From: an uncultured Erysipelotrichaceae bacterium
Lineage (GTDB): Bacteria > Bacillota_I > Bacilli_A > Erysipelotrichales > Erysipelotrichaceae
DNA: 32,000 bases
NCBI GenBank assembly: GCA_964457525.1
Contig: CAYWGS010000001.1
Coordinates: forward strand, 1-32,000
Direction of reading: 5' to 3'
Shown here: positions 24,940 through 32,000 of the stretch, piece after piece
How the letters are laid out: each line of letters starts with the position of its first letter
Position numbering within the stretch: position 1 is the first letter of the stretch
Notes under the pieces: generated by a model
What the model saw: the letters and a program-made list of their open reading frames with translations, nothing else
The model's database searches: none
What the model was told of the DNA's origin: nothing
Position numbers and translations under genes: made by a program

Positions 24940-25497
24940 ATGGAAGAACGAAAAGTACAATTGCCTCTTACTGAAGAGACGATTTTGTCTCTCAAAGCAG
25001 GAGATAGTGTTTTATTAACAGGGACAATGATTACAGGTCGAGATGCGGCTCATCAACGATTATTTGAAACAATTCAGAATCACCAACCCTTACCAATTAA
25101 ACTTGAGGGTGAAGTCATTTACTATGTAGGACCCGCTCCAAGTAAACCAGGGATCCCTGTAGGATCTGCAGGACCTACATCCAGTTATCGTATGGATAAA
25201 GTTGCCCCAACCCTTATGGCACATGGACTAAAAGGAATGATTGGTAAAGGAAATCGTAATACTGAAGTTATTGAAGCCATTAAGAAACATAAATGTGTTT
25301 ACTTTGCGGCAATTGGTGGCTTAGGCGCAATGATCTCCAAAAGTATCTTAAGCAGTGAAGTATTATGTTATGAAGATTTAGGAACAGAGGCGATTCACCG
25401 TTTCTGGGTCAAAGATTTTCCAGCCATCGTTGTGATTGACGCAATGGGTAATAATTTATATGAAATTGAACAAGCGAAGTTCAGGGAGTCAGAATAA
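24940..25497 (+). CDS. Fe-S hydro-lyase beta subunit (class I fumarase / mesaconase type)
   Basis: 185 aa. GTMITGRDAAHQRL, GPAPSKPG, GPTSSYRMD and GLKGMIGKG are beta-subunit signatures. Confidence 0.88.
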   Translation: MEERKVQLPLTEETILSLKAGDSVLLTGTMITGRDAAHQRLFETIQNHQPLPIKLEGEVIYYVGPAPSKPGIPVGSAGPTSSYRMDKVAPTLMAHGLKGMIGKGNRNTEVIEAIKKHKCVYFAAIGGLGAMISKSILSSEVLCYEDLGTEAIHRFWVKDFPAIVVIDAMGNNLYEIEQAKFRESE

Positions 25498-25499
25498 TC

Positions 25500-26675
25500 A
25501 TGTCAGATGTCTATCAAAGATCATTAGTTGCGCATAAAGAATGGAGAGGTAAACTTAGAACGGTTTTAAATGCCCCTCTTAACAATAAAGAAGAATTGAG
25601 TTTAGCTTATACACCGGGTGTTGCGGAGCCTTGTCGAGAAATTCATCGTAATCCTGAATCGGTTTATGATTATACTTGGGTGGGCAATACTGTTGCGGTT
25701 ATTACCGATGGTACTGCGGTACTTGGTTTAGGTGATATTGGGCCTAAAGCAAGTTTACCTGTCATGGAAGGGAAATGTGCATTATTCAAATCTTTTGCGG
25801 CTATTGATGCGATTCCAATCGCACTTGATACCAAAGATCCAGATGAAATCATTCGCATCTGTAAAGCGTTAGCCCCAAGTTTTGGTGGAATCAACCTTGA
25901 AGATATTTCTGCGCCACGTTGTGTCAAAATTGAACGTGAACTCAAACAAAGTTTAAATATTCCAGTCTTCCATGATGATCAACACGGAACAGCGATTGTT
26001 GTAGCAGCAGGACTTATCAACGCACTCAAACTCATAAACAAAGAATTCCATGAGTTAAAAGTTGTGGTAAGTGGTGCGGGTGCAGCAGGTAGTTCAATTA
26101 TGATGATGTTGCGGGATTTAGGAGTAAAGAATATTCTTGGGTTTAGAAAAGAAGGAATTATCTTAAAAGAAAATCATGATGATTTCTTAGTACAAGAACT
26201 CAGTGAGTTCATTAATCCAGATCAACTCAATATTACTTTAAGAGAAGCGATGGTAAATGCGGATGTATTCATTGGTGTATCTGCTCCTCGTTTAGTGGAT
26301 CAAGCGATGATTAAGAGTATGAATCCGAAATCCATTGTATTCGCATTAGCAAACCCAGAACCTGAAATCAGTTATGAAGATGCGAAAGCAGCCGGTGCGT
26401 ATATTATTGCGACAGGTCGTAGTGATTTCCCAAATCAAGTGAATAATGTTCTCGCATTTCCAGGTTTATTTAGAGGTGCATTGGATGCTAAGGCAACAAA
26501 GATCTCTGAAGAGATGAAGTTAGCAGCAGCTCAAGGTCTAGCGAGTCTTATCCAAGAAGATGAATTAAGTCCTGAAATGATTATTCCAAGCGTATTTGAT
26601 AAACGAGTTAAGGATGTTGTGGCAGGTGCGGTAAAGGATGTCGCAATCAGACTCGGTTATGTTAGAAATGTTTAA
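25500..26675 (+). CDS. NAD(P)-dependent malic enzyme (short form)
   Basis: 391 aa. LSLAYTPGVAEPC, VITDGTAVLGLGDIGP, FGGINLEDISAPRC, FHDDQHGTA, SGAGAAG, ANPEPEI. Confidence 0.9.
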   Translation: MSDVYQRSLVAHKEWRGKLRTVLNAPLNNKEELSLAYTPGVAEPCREIHRNPESVYDYTWVGNTVAVITDGTAVLGLGDIGPKASLPVMEGKCALFKSFAAIDAIPIALDTKDPDEIIRICKALAPSFGGINLEDISAPRCVKIERELKQSLNIPVFHDDQHGTAIVVAAGLINALKLINKEFHELKVVVSGAGAAGSSIMMMLRDLGVKNILGFRKEGIILKENHDDFLVQELSEFINPDQLNITLREAMVNADVFIGVSAPRLVDQAMIKSMNPKSIVFALANPEPEISYEDAKAAGAYIIATGRSDFPNQVNNVLAFPGLFRGALDAKATKISEEMKLAAAQGLASLIQEDELSPEMIIPSVFDKRVKDVVAGAVKDVAIRLGYVRNV

Positions 26676-26676
26676 T

Positions 26677-26691
26677 TTGTAAGCGCATTCT
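26677..26691. promoter_or_regulatory. cre-like site directly after the malic enzyme stop and upstream of the glm operon
   Basis: tTGTAAGCGCATTCT fits the degenerate cre consensus WTGNAANCGNWNNCW at every position. It shares the TGTAAGCGC half with the site at 23871. Confidence 0.45.
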
Positions 26692-26796
26692 TATGTGAAA
26701 TAGTGTAAACTTAAACTATAGAACAAAACTTGTCTATGCCTAAACTCTTCATGATACAAAATCTGAACCAAGACTACGAGATAATATAAACTAAGC

Positions 26797-26830
26797 AAAT
26801 GATGCACTTTTTCGGGCATCATTTTTGTTT
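26797..26830 (+). terminator. Terminator-like hairpin 13 nt upstream of the first glm-operon start codon (either the mae terminator or a leader attenuator)
   Basis: AAATGATGC (26797-26805), a 10-nt loop, GCATCATTT (26816-26824), then TTGTTT. Confidence 0.5.
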
Positions 26831-26842
26831 GAATGGAGAACT

Positions 26843-27763
26843 ATGACACTCAGTATTGAACAATTTAGATATGCGACTTACTTTGCGCCTAGAGGTAAAG
26901 TACGTATGCAAAACTTGGGAAACCAAGTCAGTCAAAAGTATTTACTACCGAATGACCGAATCATTGGGATTATTGGTGATGCAGGAAGTGGAAAATCACT
27001 CTTTATAAAAGGGATGTTTCCGGGTTTAGAACTCACAAACGATGATGATGGAATCAATGTAAGACCTTCACCCCTCATGCGTGATTATGCTCAACTCAAT
27101 TATCGTGCTCACACCTATCATATTGATGCTCGATTTGAAGCCGCATTTACCCAAATGTTTGAGCTTGTGGATGCGGTCAATCAAGCAGTACAAAATAAGA
27201 AACGTGTGGTAATTGAGCATTTTGATGAGATATATCCTTATCTCAATATGAATGCCGATTTACTAATTGGAATTGGTGAAGAAGTCATTGTATCTCGACC
27301 GAATTTATTTGGACCAATCCCAGAAGATATAAAGATCACAGTCTATAAATCCATTCATTATCGCAGAATGGCACATAGTGCAGAAGACTTACTCGTTCAT
27401 GTTCTTCAAGAGGACTACAATATTACCTGTGATGGACATGGAGATGTTAAACATGGCTTTATCTTATCGTTTAATAAGAAACCTAAAGCATCCATCTCTG
27501 TTTTAGAAAAGAAAGTAAAGTTGTTAATAAAGGATGATTTAACCATTAGTTATCATGACTCTACTCATATCAAGATTGGGGATAAGATTGATCAGTATTG
27601 TACAGGACCACGAACACACGTGAATCATACTGGTCAAATTAAGAACTTTAGATTATTGAAAGATTATATTTATGACCCACAAAAGAAGACCTATGAGTTG
27701 GTTGGAATTGTGAGTGATGAAACCATCGAAGATATTCATAAATTGAATCATTTTGCGGACTAA
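26843..27763 (+). CDS. Uncharacterised P-loop NTPase, first gene of the glutamate mutase operon
   Basis: Walker A GDAGSGKS (26975-26998). A possible Walker B is [10 protein letters not shown] prefer ATG 26843 (GGAG RBS) over the ORF-track TTG at 26825, which lies inside the hairpin. There is an 8-nt gap to glmS. Confidence 0.7.
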   Translation: MTLSIEQFRYATYFAPRGKVRMQNLGNQVSQKYLLPNDRIIGIIGDAGSGKSLFIKGMFPGLELTNDDDGINVRPSPLMRDYAQLNYRAHTYHIDARFEAAFTQMFELVDAVNQAVQNKKRVVIEHFDEIYPYLNMNADLLIGIGEEVIVSRPNLFGPIPEDIKITVYKSIHYRRMAHSAEDLLVHVLQEDYNITCDGHGDVKHGFILSFNKKPKASISVLEKKVKLLIKDDLTISYHDSTHIKIGDKIDQYCTGPRTHVNHTGQIKNFRLLKDYIYDPQKKTYELVGIVSDETIEDIHKLNHFAD

Positions 27764-27771
27764 GGAGCACT

Positions 27772-28197
27772 ATGGAAAAGATCAATGTCGTAATTGGAGT
27801 GATTGGGGCAGATGTACATGCGGTAGGGAATCGTATTATTGATTATGCGTTTACCCAAGCAGGCTTTAATGTGATTAATCTTGGGGTCATGGTATCTCAG
27901 AAGGAATTTATGGATGCGGCGATTGAAACCAACGCAAAGGCTATCATTGTATCCAGTTTATATGGCCATGGTGAATTGGATTGTCGCGGTATGGGGGATA
28001 TGTTAAAAGAAGCTGGATTAGATAATGTATTACTTTATATCGGTGGAAATCTTGTGGTCGGTAAATCCGATTTCAATGAAGTAGAGAAACTCTTTAAATC
28101 GATGGGTTTTCATCGTGTCTATCCGCCTGGAGCAGATATCAATCAAGGCATTGAAGATCTTAAGCATGATTTAAATGAGAAGGGAATTTATGCCTAA
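27772..28197 (+). CDS. glmS: Glutamate (methylaspartate) mutase sigma subunit, the cobalamin-binding component
   Basis: 141 aa. [16 protein letters not shown] contains the D-x-H-x-x-G base-off/His-on B12 motif. It resembles Clostridium MutS over its full length ([27 protein letters not shown]). Confidence 0.92.
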   Translation: MEKINVVIGVIGADVHAVGNRIIDYAFTQAGFNVINLGVMVSQKEFMDAAIETNAKAIIVSSLYGHGELDCRGMGDMLKEAGLDNVLLYIGGNLVVGKSDFNEVEKLFKSMGFHRVYPPGADINQGIEDLKHDLNEKGIYA

Positions 28198-29545
28198 TTT
28201 TTATCTATTTGATGTGGGTTCAACCTACACAAAAGGATGTATCGTAGATACAGATTCAGAAGAGATACTTGCGCAAGCAAGTGATTTTACGACTTCAAGT
28301 ACGGATATATCCATTGGAATCGAAAAAGTTAAACATAAAATGATGCAAGGACTAGAATCTATTCATATCGATAAAACCTATGTCTGTAGTTCTGCTAAAG
28401 GTGGTCTCAAGATGATTGCGATTGGACTTGTACCAGACCTAACCCTTAAAGCGGCTCGATTGGCTTGTTATAGCGCAGGGGCAAAAGTCATACAATCCTA
28501 TTCGTTTGAATTAAACCAGAAAGAATTAGATGAAATTGAATCCTCACAATGCGACATATTACTCTTAAGTGGTGGTACAGATGGTGGAAATACAAGTTCT
28601 GTTCGTCATAATGCGAATCAACTCATCAAACTAAGATCACGCTTTCCAATCATCTATGCTGGTAATAAATCGTGTCAGGATGAGATAAGAAACATCTTAG
28701 AATCCAATGGATTTGAATGCATACTATGTTCAAATGTAATGCCAAGTTATGGAGTATTAGAAGTTGATGAATGTAAGGCAAAAATACGTGAGTTGTTTCT
28801 AAAATCTATCGTTAAGGCAAAAGGATTATCAAAGCTCAGTGCAGTCGTCGATGAGATTGTACTCCCGACTCCATCCAGTGTATTTGAAGCACTTAAACTA
28901 CTTTCCAAAGGAACATACAATGAATCAGGTTTAGGAGATTTAATGGCCATCGATATTGGTGGTGCGACAACCGATGTTTATAGTATGAATGAGAAACTCG
29001 TGATTAACGAAGAATTTGGTTATAAAGGACTTCAAGAGCCCATTGAGAAAAGAAGTGTTGAAGGAGATTTAGGCTTACGCTTTAGTGCTTCACATGTCTA
29101 TGAATTGAAGGAAGAGATACATAATCCGATCTTTGATCAATACATACAGGATATAAAACACAATCCACATCTAACGTCTAATCTGGATTTAGATACACAA
29201 CTCGCAAGTGCTTGTGTTGAAATTGCGACAGAACGTCATGTGGGCCGACTTGAAACGAGTTATACTCCTATGGGGATTAACTATTATCAAACGGGTAAGG
29301 ATTGTAGAGAAGTTAAACAGTGTATTGGGATTGGTGGACCGATTATCTATAATCCAAACGCAAAAAGGATTTTAGAGAATTGTTTAATGAAGAGTAATCA
29401 TAAGGAAGTTTTATTGCCAATACAGTGTGAATATTATATCGATAAAGATTATTGTATCAGTTGTTTAGGACTATTGGCTAAACAGTATCCGGATGTTGTG
29501 TTACGAATCTTGAAAAAGAAATTGGAGAAAATAGATCATGTATAA
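28190..29545 (+). CDS. glmL: Glutamate mutase accessory protein GlmL/MutL (ASKHA-fold putative reactivase/chaperone)
   Basis: [16 protein letters not shown]..., [11 protein letters not shown] and [13 protein letters not shown] are actin-like ATPase phosphate motifs typical of MutL. ATG 28190 overlaps the glmS stop. The gene sits between the S and E subunits. Confidence 0.85.
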   Translation: MPNFYLFDVGSTYTKGCIVDTDSEEILAQASDFTTSSTDISIGIEKVKHKMMQGLESIHIDKTYVCSSAKGGLKMIAIGLVPDLTLKAARLACYSAGAKVIQSYSFELNQKELDEIESSQCDILLLSGGTDGGNTSSVRHNANQLIKLRSRFPIIYAGNKSCQDEIRNILESNGFECILCSNVMPSYGVLEVDECKAKIRELFLKSIVKAKGLSKLSAVVDEIVLPTPSSVFEALKLLSKGTYNESGLGDLMAIDIGGATTDVYSMNEKLVINEEFGYKGLQEPIEKRSVEGDLGLRFSASHVYELKEEIHNPIFDQYIQDIKHNPHLTSNLDLDTQLASACVEIATERHVGRLETSYTPMGINYYQTGKDCREVKQCIGIGGPIIYNPNAKRILENCLMKSNHKEVLLPIQCEYYIDKDYCISCLGLLAKQYPDVVLRILKKKLEKIDHV

Positions 29546-30995
29546 TCGTAAAATCCCATTGGATGAATTTCTTAAACAACGTGAAGAAGTGCTTAAACAA
29601 TGGAATACTGGAAAAGATGTGGATCTTGAAGAAGCAATTGAATACCAAAAATCATTAGATGAATCAAAGCGTTTCAGTAATAAACTAGCTCAAGCCATTG
29701 AGAATAAAGAAACATTGATTCAACCAAGAGCAGGGGTTGCGCTTCCTAATGAACACATCAAACTTCTAAAAACACTACAGGATGAAGGGGGAGCTGATTT
29801 ACTCCCAACAACCATTGATAGTTATACGCGTCACAATCGATATGTGGAAGCACAAACAGGGATTGATGAAAGTATTCGTACCGGGAAATCTCTACTCAAT
29901 GGCTTTCCAGCTGTAAATCATGGGGTACAAGTTTGTCGCTCCATCATCTCTTCACTGAATGTGCCCGTTCAAGTACGTCACGGAACACCGGATGCTCGAC
30001 TCCTTGCGGAGATTACCTGTGCTGGTGGATTTACCTCTTTTGAAGGAGGCGGTATTTCATACAATATTCCTTATGGAAAAAACTACTCCTTAGAAAAAAC
30101 CATTACAGATTGGCAATATGTGGATCGTTTAATTGGTTACTATGAAGAAATGGGTGTAACGATTAATCGTGAACCATTTGGTCCATTAACAGGAACACTT
30201 GTTCCAGCGTGTATTTCACACAGTGTAGCGATCCTCGAAAGCTTACTTGCGGCTGAACAAGGGTGTAAGTGCATTACGGTAGGTTATGGACAATGTGGAA
30301 ATCAGAACCAAGATATCGCCGCAATTCGTACGTTGGATAAATTAACCAAAGAATATTTAGCACGATTTGGCTTTTATGATGTAAGCGTATCAACTGTATT
30401 CCATCAATGGATGGGAGGCTTTCCACAAGATGAAGCGAAAGCTTATGCAGTTATCAGTTGGGGTGCGAGTACAGCAGTATTATCCGGTGCCACAAAGGTA
30501 ATTGTTAAATCACCACACGAAGCCTTTGGAGTCCCAACCGCAGAAGCGAATGCGAATGGATTAAAAACGACTAAACAATTAACGTCCATGTTAAAGGATC
30601 AAGTCTTTACAGAGACAAATGAAATTAAAGCAGAAATGGATATCATCGAGAAAGAAACACGCAGTATCATGGAAGCGGTGTTGAAACTCGGTGAGAATAA
30701 CTTTGGACTCTGTGCAGTACGTGCATTTGAAGCTGGATTGATTGATGTTCCTTTTGCCCCAGCAACCTGCAATGCGGGAAAGATGTTGCCGGCGAGAGAT
30801 AATAATGGCGCGATTCGTATCTATGAATTCGGGAATCTTCCATTCGATGAATCACTTAAAGAGTTCCATCGTCAGAAACTCCAAGAAAGAGCGGATGTGG
30901 AACGTAGACAAGTGAGCTTCCAAATGGTAATTGATGATATATATGCCGTTAGTAAAGGTCGTCTTGTAGGACGTCCAAGTAAGGGGAATGTATGA
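29538..30995 (+). CDS. glmE: Glutamate (methylaspartate) mutase epsilon subunit
   Basis: 485 aa. [58 protein letters not shown] and [15 protein letters not shown] closely resemble Clostridium MutE/GlmE. Confidence 0.93.
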   Translation: MYNRKIPLDEFLKQREEVLKQWNTGKDVDLEEAIEYQKSLDESKRFSNKLAQAIENKETLIQPRAGVALPNEHIKLLKTLQDEGGADLLPTTIDSYTRHNRYVEAQTGIDESIRTGKSLLNGFPAVNHGVQVCRSIISSLNVPVQVRHGTPDARLLAEITCAGGFTSFEGGGISYNIPYGKNYSLEKTITDWQYVDRLIGYYEEMGVTINREPFGPLTGTLVPACISHSVAILESLLAAEQGCKCITVGYGQCGNQNQDIAAIRTLDKLTKEYLARFGFYDVSVSTVFHQWMGGFPQDEAKAYAVISWGASTAVLSGATKVIVKSPHEAFGVPTAEANANGLKTTKQLTSMLKDQVFTETNEIKAEMDIIEKETRSIMEAVLKLGENNFGLCAVRAFEAGLIDVPFAPATCNAGKMLPARDNNGAIRIYEFGNLPFDESLKEFHRQKLQERADVERRQVSFQMVIDDIYAVSKGRLVGRPSKGNV

Positions 30996-32000
30996 AAATA
31001 ATTGATGTTATTAGTAGTTGTGGTAGAACGGGGTTTTTCTTTGATGATCAAAAAGCGATCAAAAAAGGGGCACAATCCGATGGGAACTTCTACTTGGGTA
31101 ATCCTGTCACAGAAGGCTTTACGCGAGTTAGACAAGCGGGAGAATCACTTACGATTATGCTTGTATTAGAAGATGGACAGGTCGCATTTGGGGATTGTTG
31201 CGCTGTGCAATACAGTGGATGTGGTGGTCGTGATCCACTCTTCATCGCCTCAGATTTTCAAAAGATTGTACAAGATAGAATACGACCATTATTACTCAAT
31301 CGTGAATTGACTTCGTTTAAAGAACTTGCCTATGAATTTGACCATCTAGAACTTGATGGCAAACGAATCCATACCGCATTACGCTATGGCATTACTCAAG
31401 CACTCTTAGATGCGGTCGCTAAATCCCAACATACTCAAATGGCTAATATTATTGCGAATGAATATCATACCAATGTTAGTGAACAACTTATCCCAATCTT
31501 TAGTCAAAGTGGGGATAATCGCTATGATAATGTGGATAAGATGATTCTTAAAGAAAGTGCTGTTCTTCCACATGGATTAATTAATCATGTTGAAACAAAG
31601 TTAGGTTATCAAGGTGAGAAATTACTTGAGTATGTTAAGTGGTTAAGAAAACGAATTGATGATTATCGTAATCATGAGGATTACAAACCGGTATTACACA
31701 TCGATGTCTATGGAACATTAGGCATTATATTTAAAGAAGATTATGATGCGATGGTGGATTATCTTAAAACATTAAGAGAAGCAAGTGGCCCCTATCATTT
31801 ACGCATCGAAGGTCCAGTCGATTTTGATGATCGTGAAAAAACCATGATGGGTCTACAAATCATTACACGTATGTTAGATGAGCGTGGAATTGAATGTGAG
31901 ATTGTCGCAGATGAATGGTGTAATACCCTCGAAGATATTAAAGAATTTGCGGATAAAAAAGCAGGTCATATGGTTCAAATCAAAACACCTGATTTAGGTG
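30992..32000 (+). CDS. mal: Methylaspartate ammonia-lyase, 5' partial (runs off the window)
   Basis: Not in the ORF track because it is open-ended. The ATGA start overlaps the glmE stop. My own translation gives [27 protein letters not shown]...[14 protein letters not shown]...[15 protein letters not shown]...HIDVYGTLG...IEGPVD...VADEWCNT...[11 protein letters not shown], with no stop through 32000. These are hallmark methylaspartase blocks. Confidence 0.9.
   Translation, partial: MKIIDVISSCGRTGFFFDDQKAIKKGAQSDGNFYLGNPVTEGFTRVRQAGESLTIMLVLEDGQVAFGDCCAVQYSGCGGRDPLFIASDFQKIVQDRIRPLLLNRELTSFKELAYEFDHLELDGKRIHTALRYGITQALLDAVAKSQHTQMANIIANEYHTNVSEQLIPIFSQSGDNRYDNVDKMILKESAVLPHGLINHVETKLGYQGEKLLEYVKWLRKRIDDYRNHEDYKPVLHIDVYGTLGIIFKEDYDAMVDYLKTLREASGPYHLRIEGPVDFDDREKTMMGLQIITRMLDERGIECEIVADEWCNTLEDIKEFADKKAGHMVQIKTPDLG

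Noticed and set aside
26676-26842. Possible cobalamin riboswitch upstream of the B12-dependent glutamate mutase operon.
   Set aside because: The region is too short (167 nt) and I see no B12-box-like core or the multi-helix junction expected. Only a single terminator-like hairpin is visible. An Infernal scan would be decisive.
15951-28189. ORF-track N-terminal extensions at 15951 (PadR), 16273 (DUF2812), 20751 (MarR), 21718 (dioxygenase), 26825 (P-loop) and 28175 (GlmL).
   Set aside because: In each case an internal ATG with a proper Shine-Dalgarno sequence gives an N-terminus matching family expectations. The extension overlaps the upstream gene, a promoter or a hairpin.
1567-30855. Fifteen short ORFs from the six-frame track nested in or antisense to larger genes: 1567-1755, 2355-2546, 4082-4279, 5582-5842, 6864-7046, 7218-7409, 7379-7564, 8471-8671, 10880-11161, 12799-13053, 18443-18781, 23419-23631, 25670-25945, 28747-28950, 30667-30855.
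   Set aside because: Each lies wholly inside, or substantially overlaps, a longer ORF with clear family motifs. None has a convincing RBS, and the translations are low-complexity or unlike known proteins. They are typical shadow ORFs of AT-rich DNA.
30872-31135. 87-aa minus-strand ORF spanning the glmE/mal junction.
   Set aside because: The plus strand here encodes the well-conserved C-terminus of GlmE and the N-terminus of methylaspartase, so the antisense ORF is a shadow.
1-32000. Mobile elements, a CRISPR array, tRNA/rRNA genes or a defence island.
   Set aside because: I saw no integrase, transposase or recombinase motifs, no terminal inverted repeats, no regularly spaced direct repeats and no tRNA-like cloverleaf regions on reading through. 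The intergenic regions are short and are accounted for by promoters and terminators.

Overview
AT-rich, Firmicutes-type chromosomal segment (composition judged by eye, not computed). It uses the standard bacterial code: TGA closes several well-supported genes. I support about 34 protein-coding genes. I recognise no rRNA, tRNA, CRISPR array, transposase or integrase. Left to right: (1) small unrelated genes: a DUF1295 membrane protein, a Pol-beta-type nucleotidyltransferase, a split small membrane ORF and a DsrE-like protein. (2) A minus-strand TupA-like ATP-grasp plus APC permease pair, divergent from a UDP-GlcNAc 2-epimerase. (3) The most unusual region (6527-15913): a nine-gene, translationally coupled envelope operon. 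It joins a processive family-2 glycosyltransferase synthase to unassigned polytopic membrane proteins, a membrane-anchored beta-helix/BspA-LRR protein, a DHHW-like protein with a degenerate catalytic motif, a VTC (polyphosphate-polymerase-type) domain protein, a DUF4956 membrane protein, an exported CotH-family kinase and a further exported protein. (4) A PadR/DUF2812 module followed by a 7TMR-DISM GGDEF diguanylate cyclase. (5) An Mhq-like quinone-detoxification operon (ring-cleaving dioxygenase, MarR, carboxylesterase) whose promoter spacer holds a perfect 18-bp palindromic operator. (6) A glutamate-fermentation (methylaspartate pathway) region. It holds a 3-hydroxyacyl-CoA dehydrogenase, a two-subunit Fe-S hydro-lyase (fumarase/mesaconase type), a malic enzyme and an uncharacterised P-loop protein heading glmS-glmL-glmE-mal. 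The methylaspartase gene runs off the right edge and is missing from the ORF track. All family calls rest on motif recognition by eye and no database search was run.
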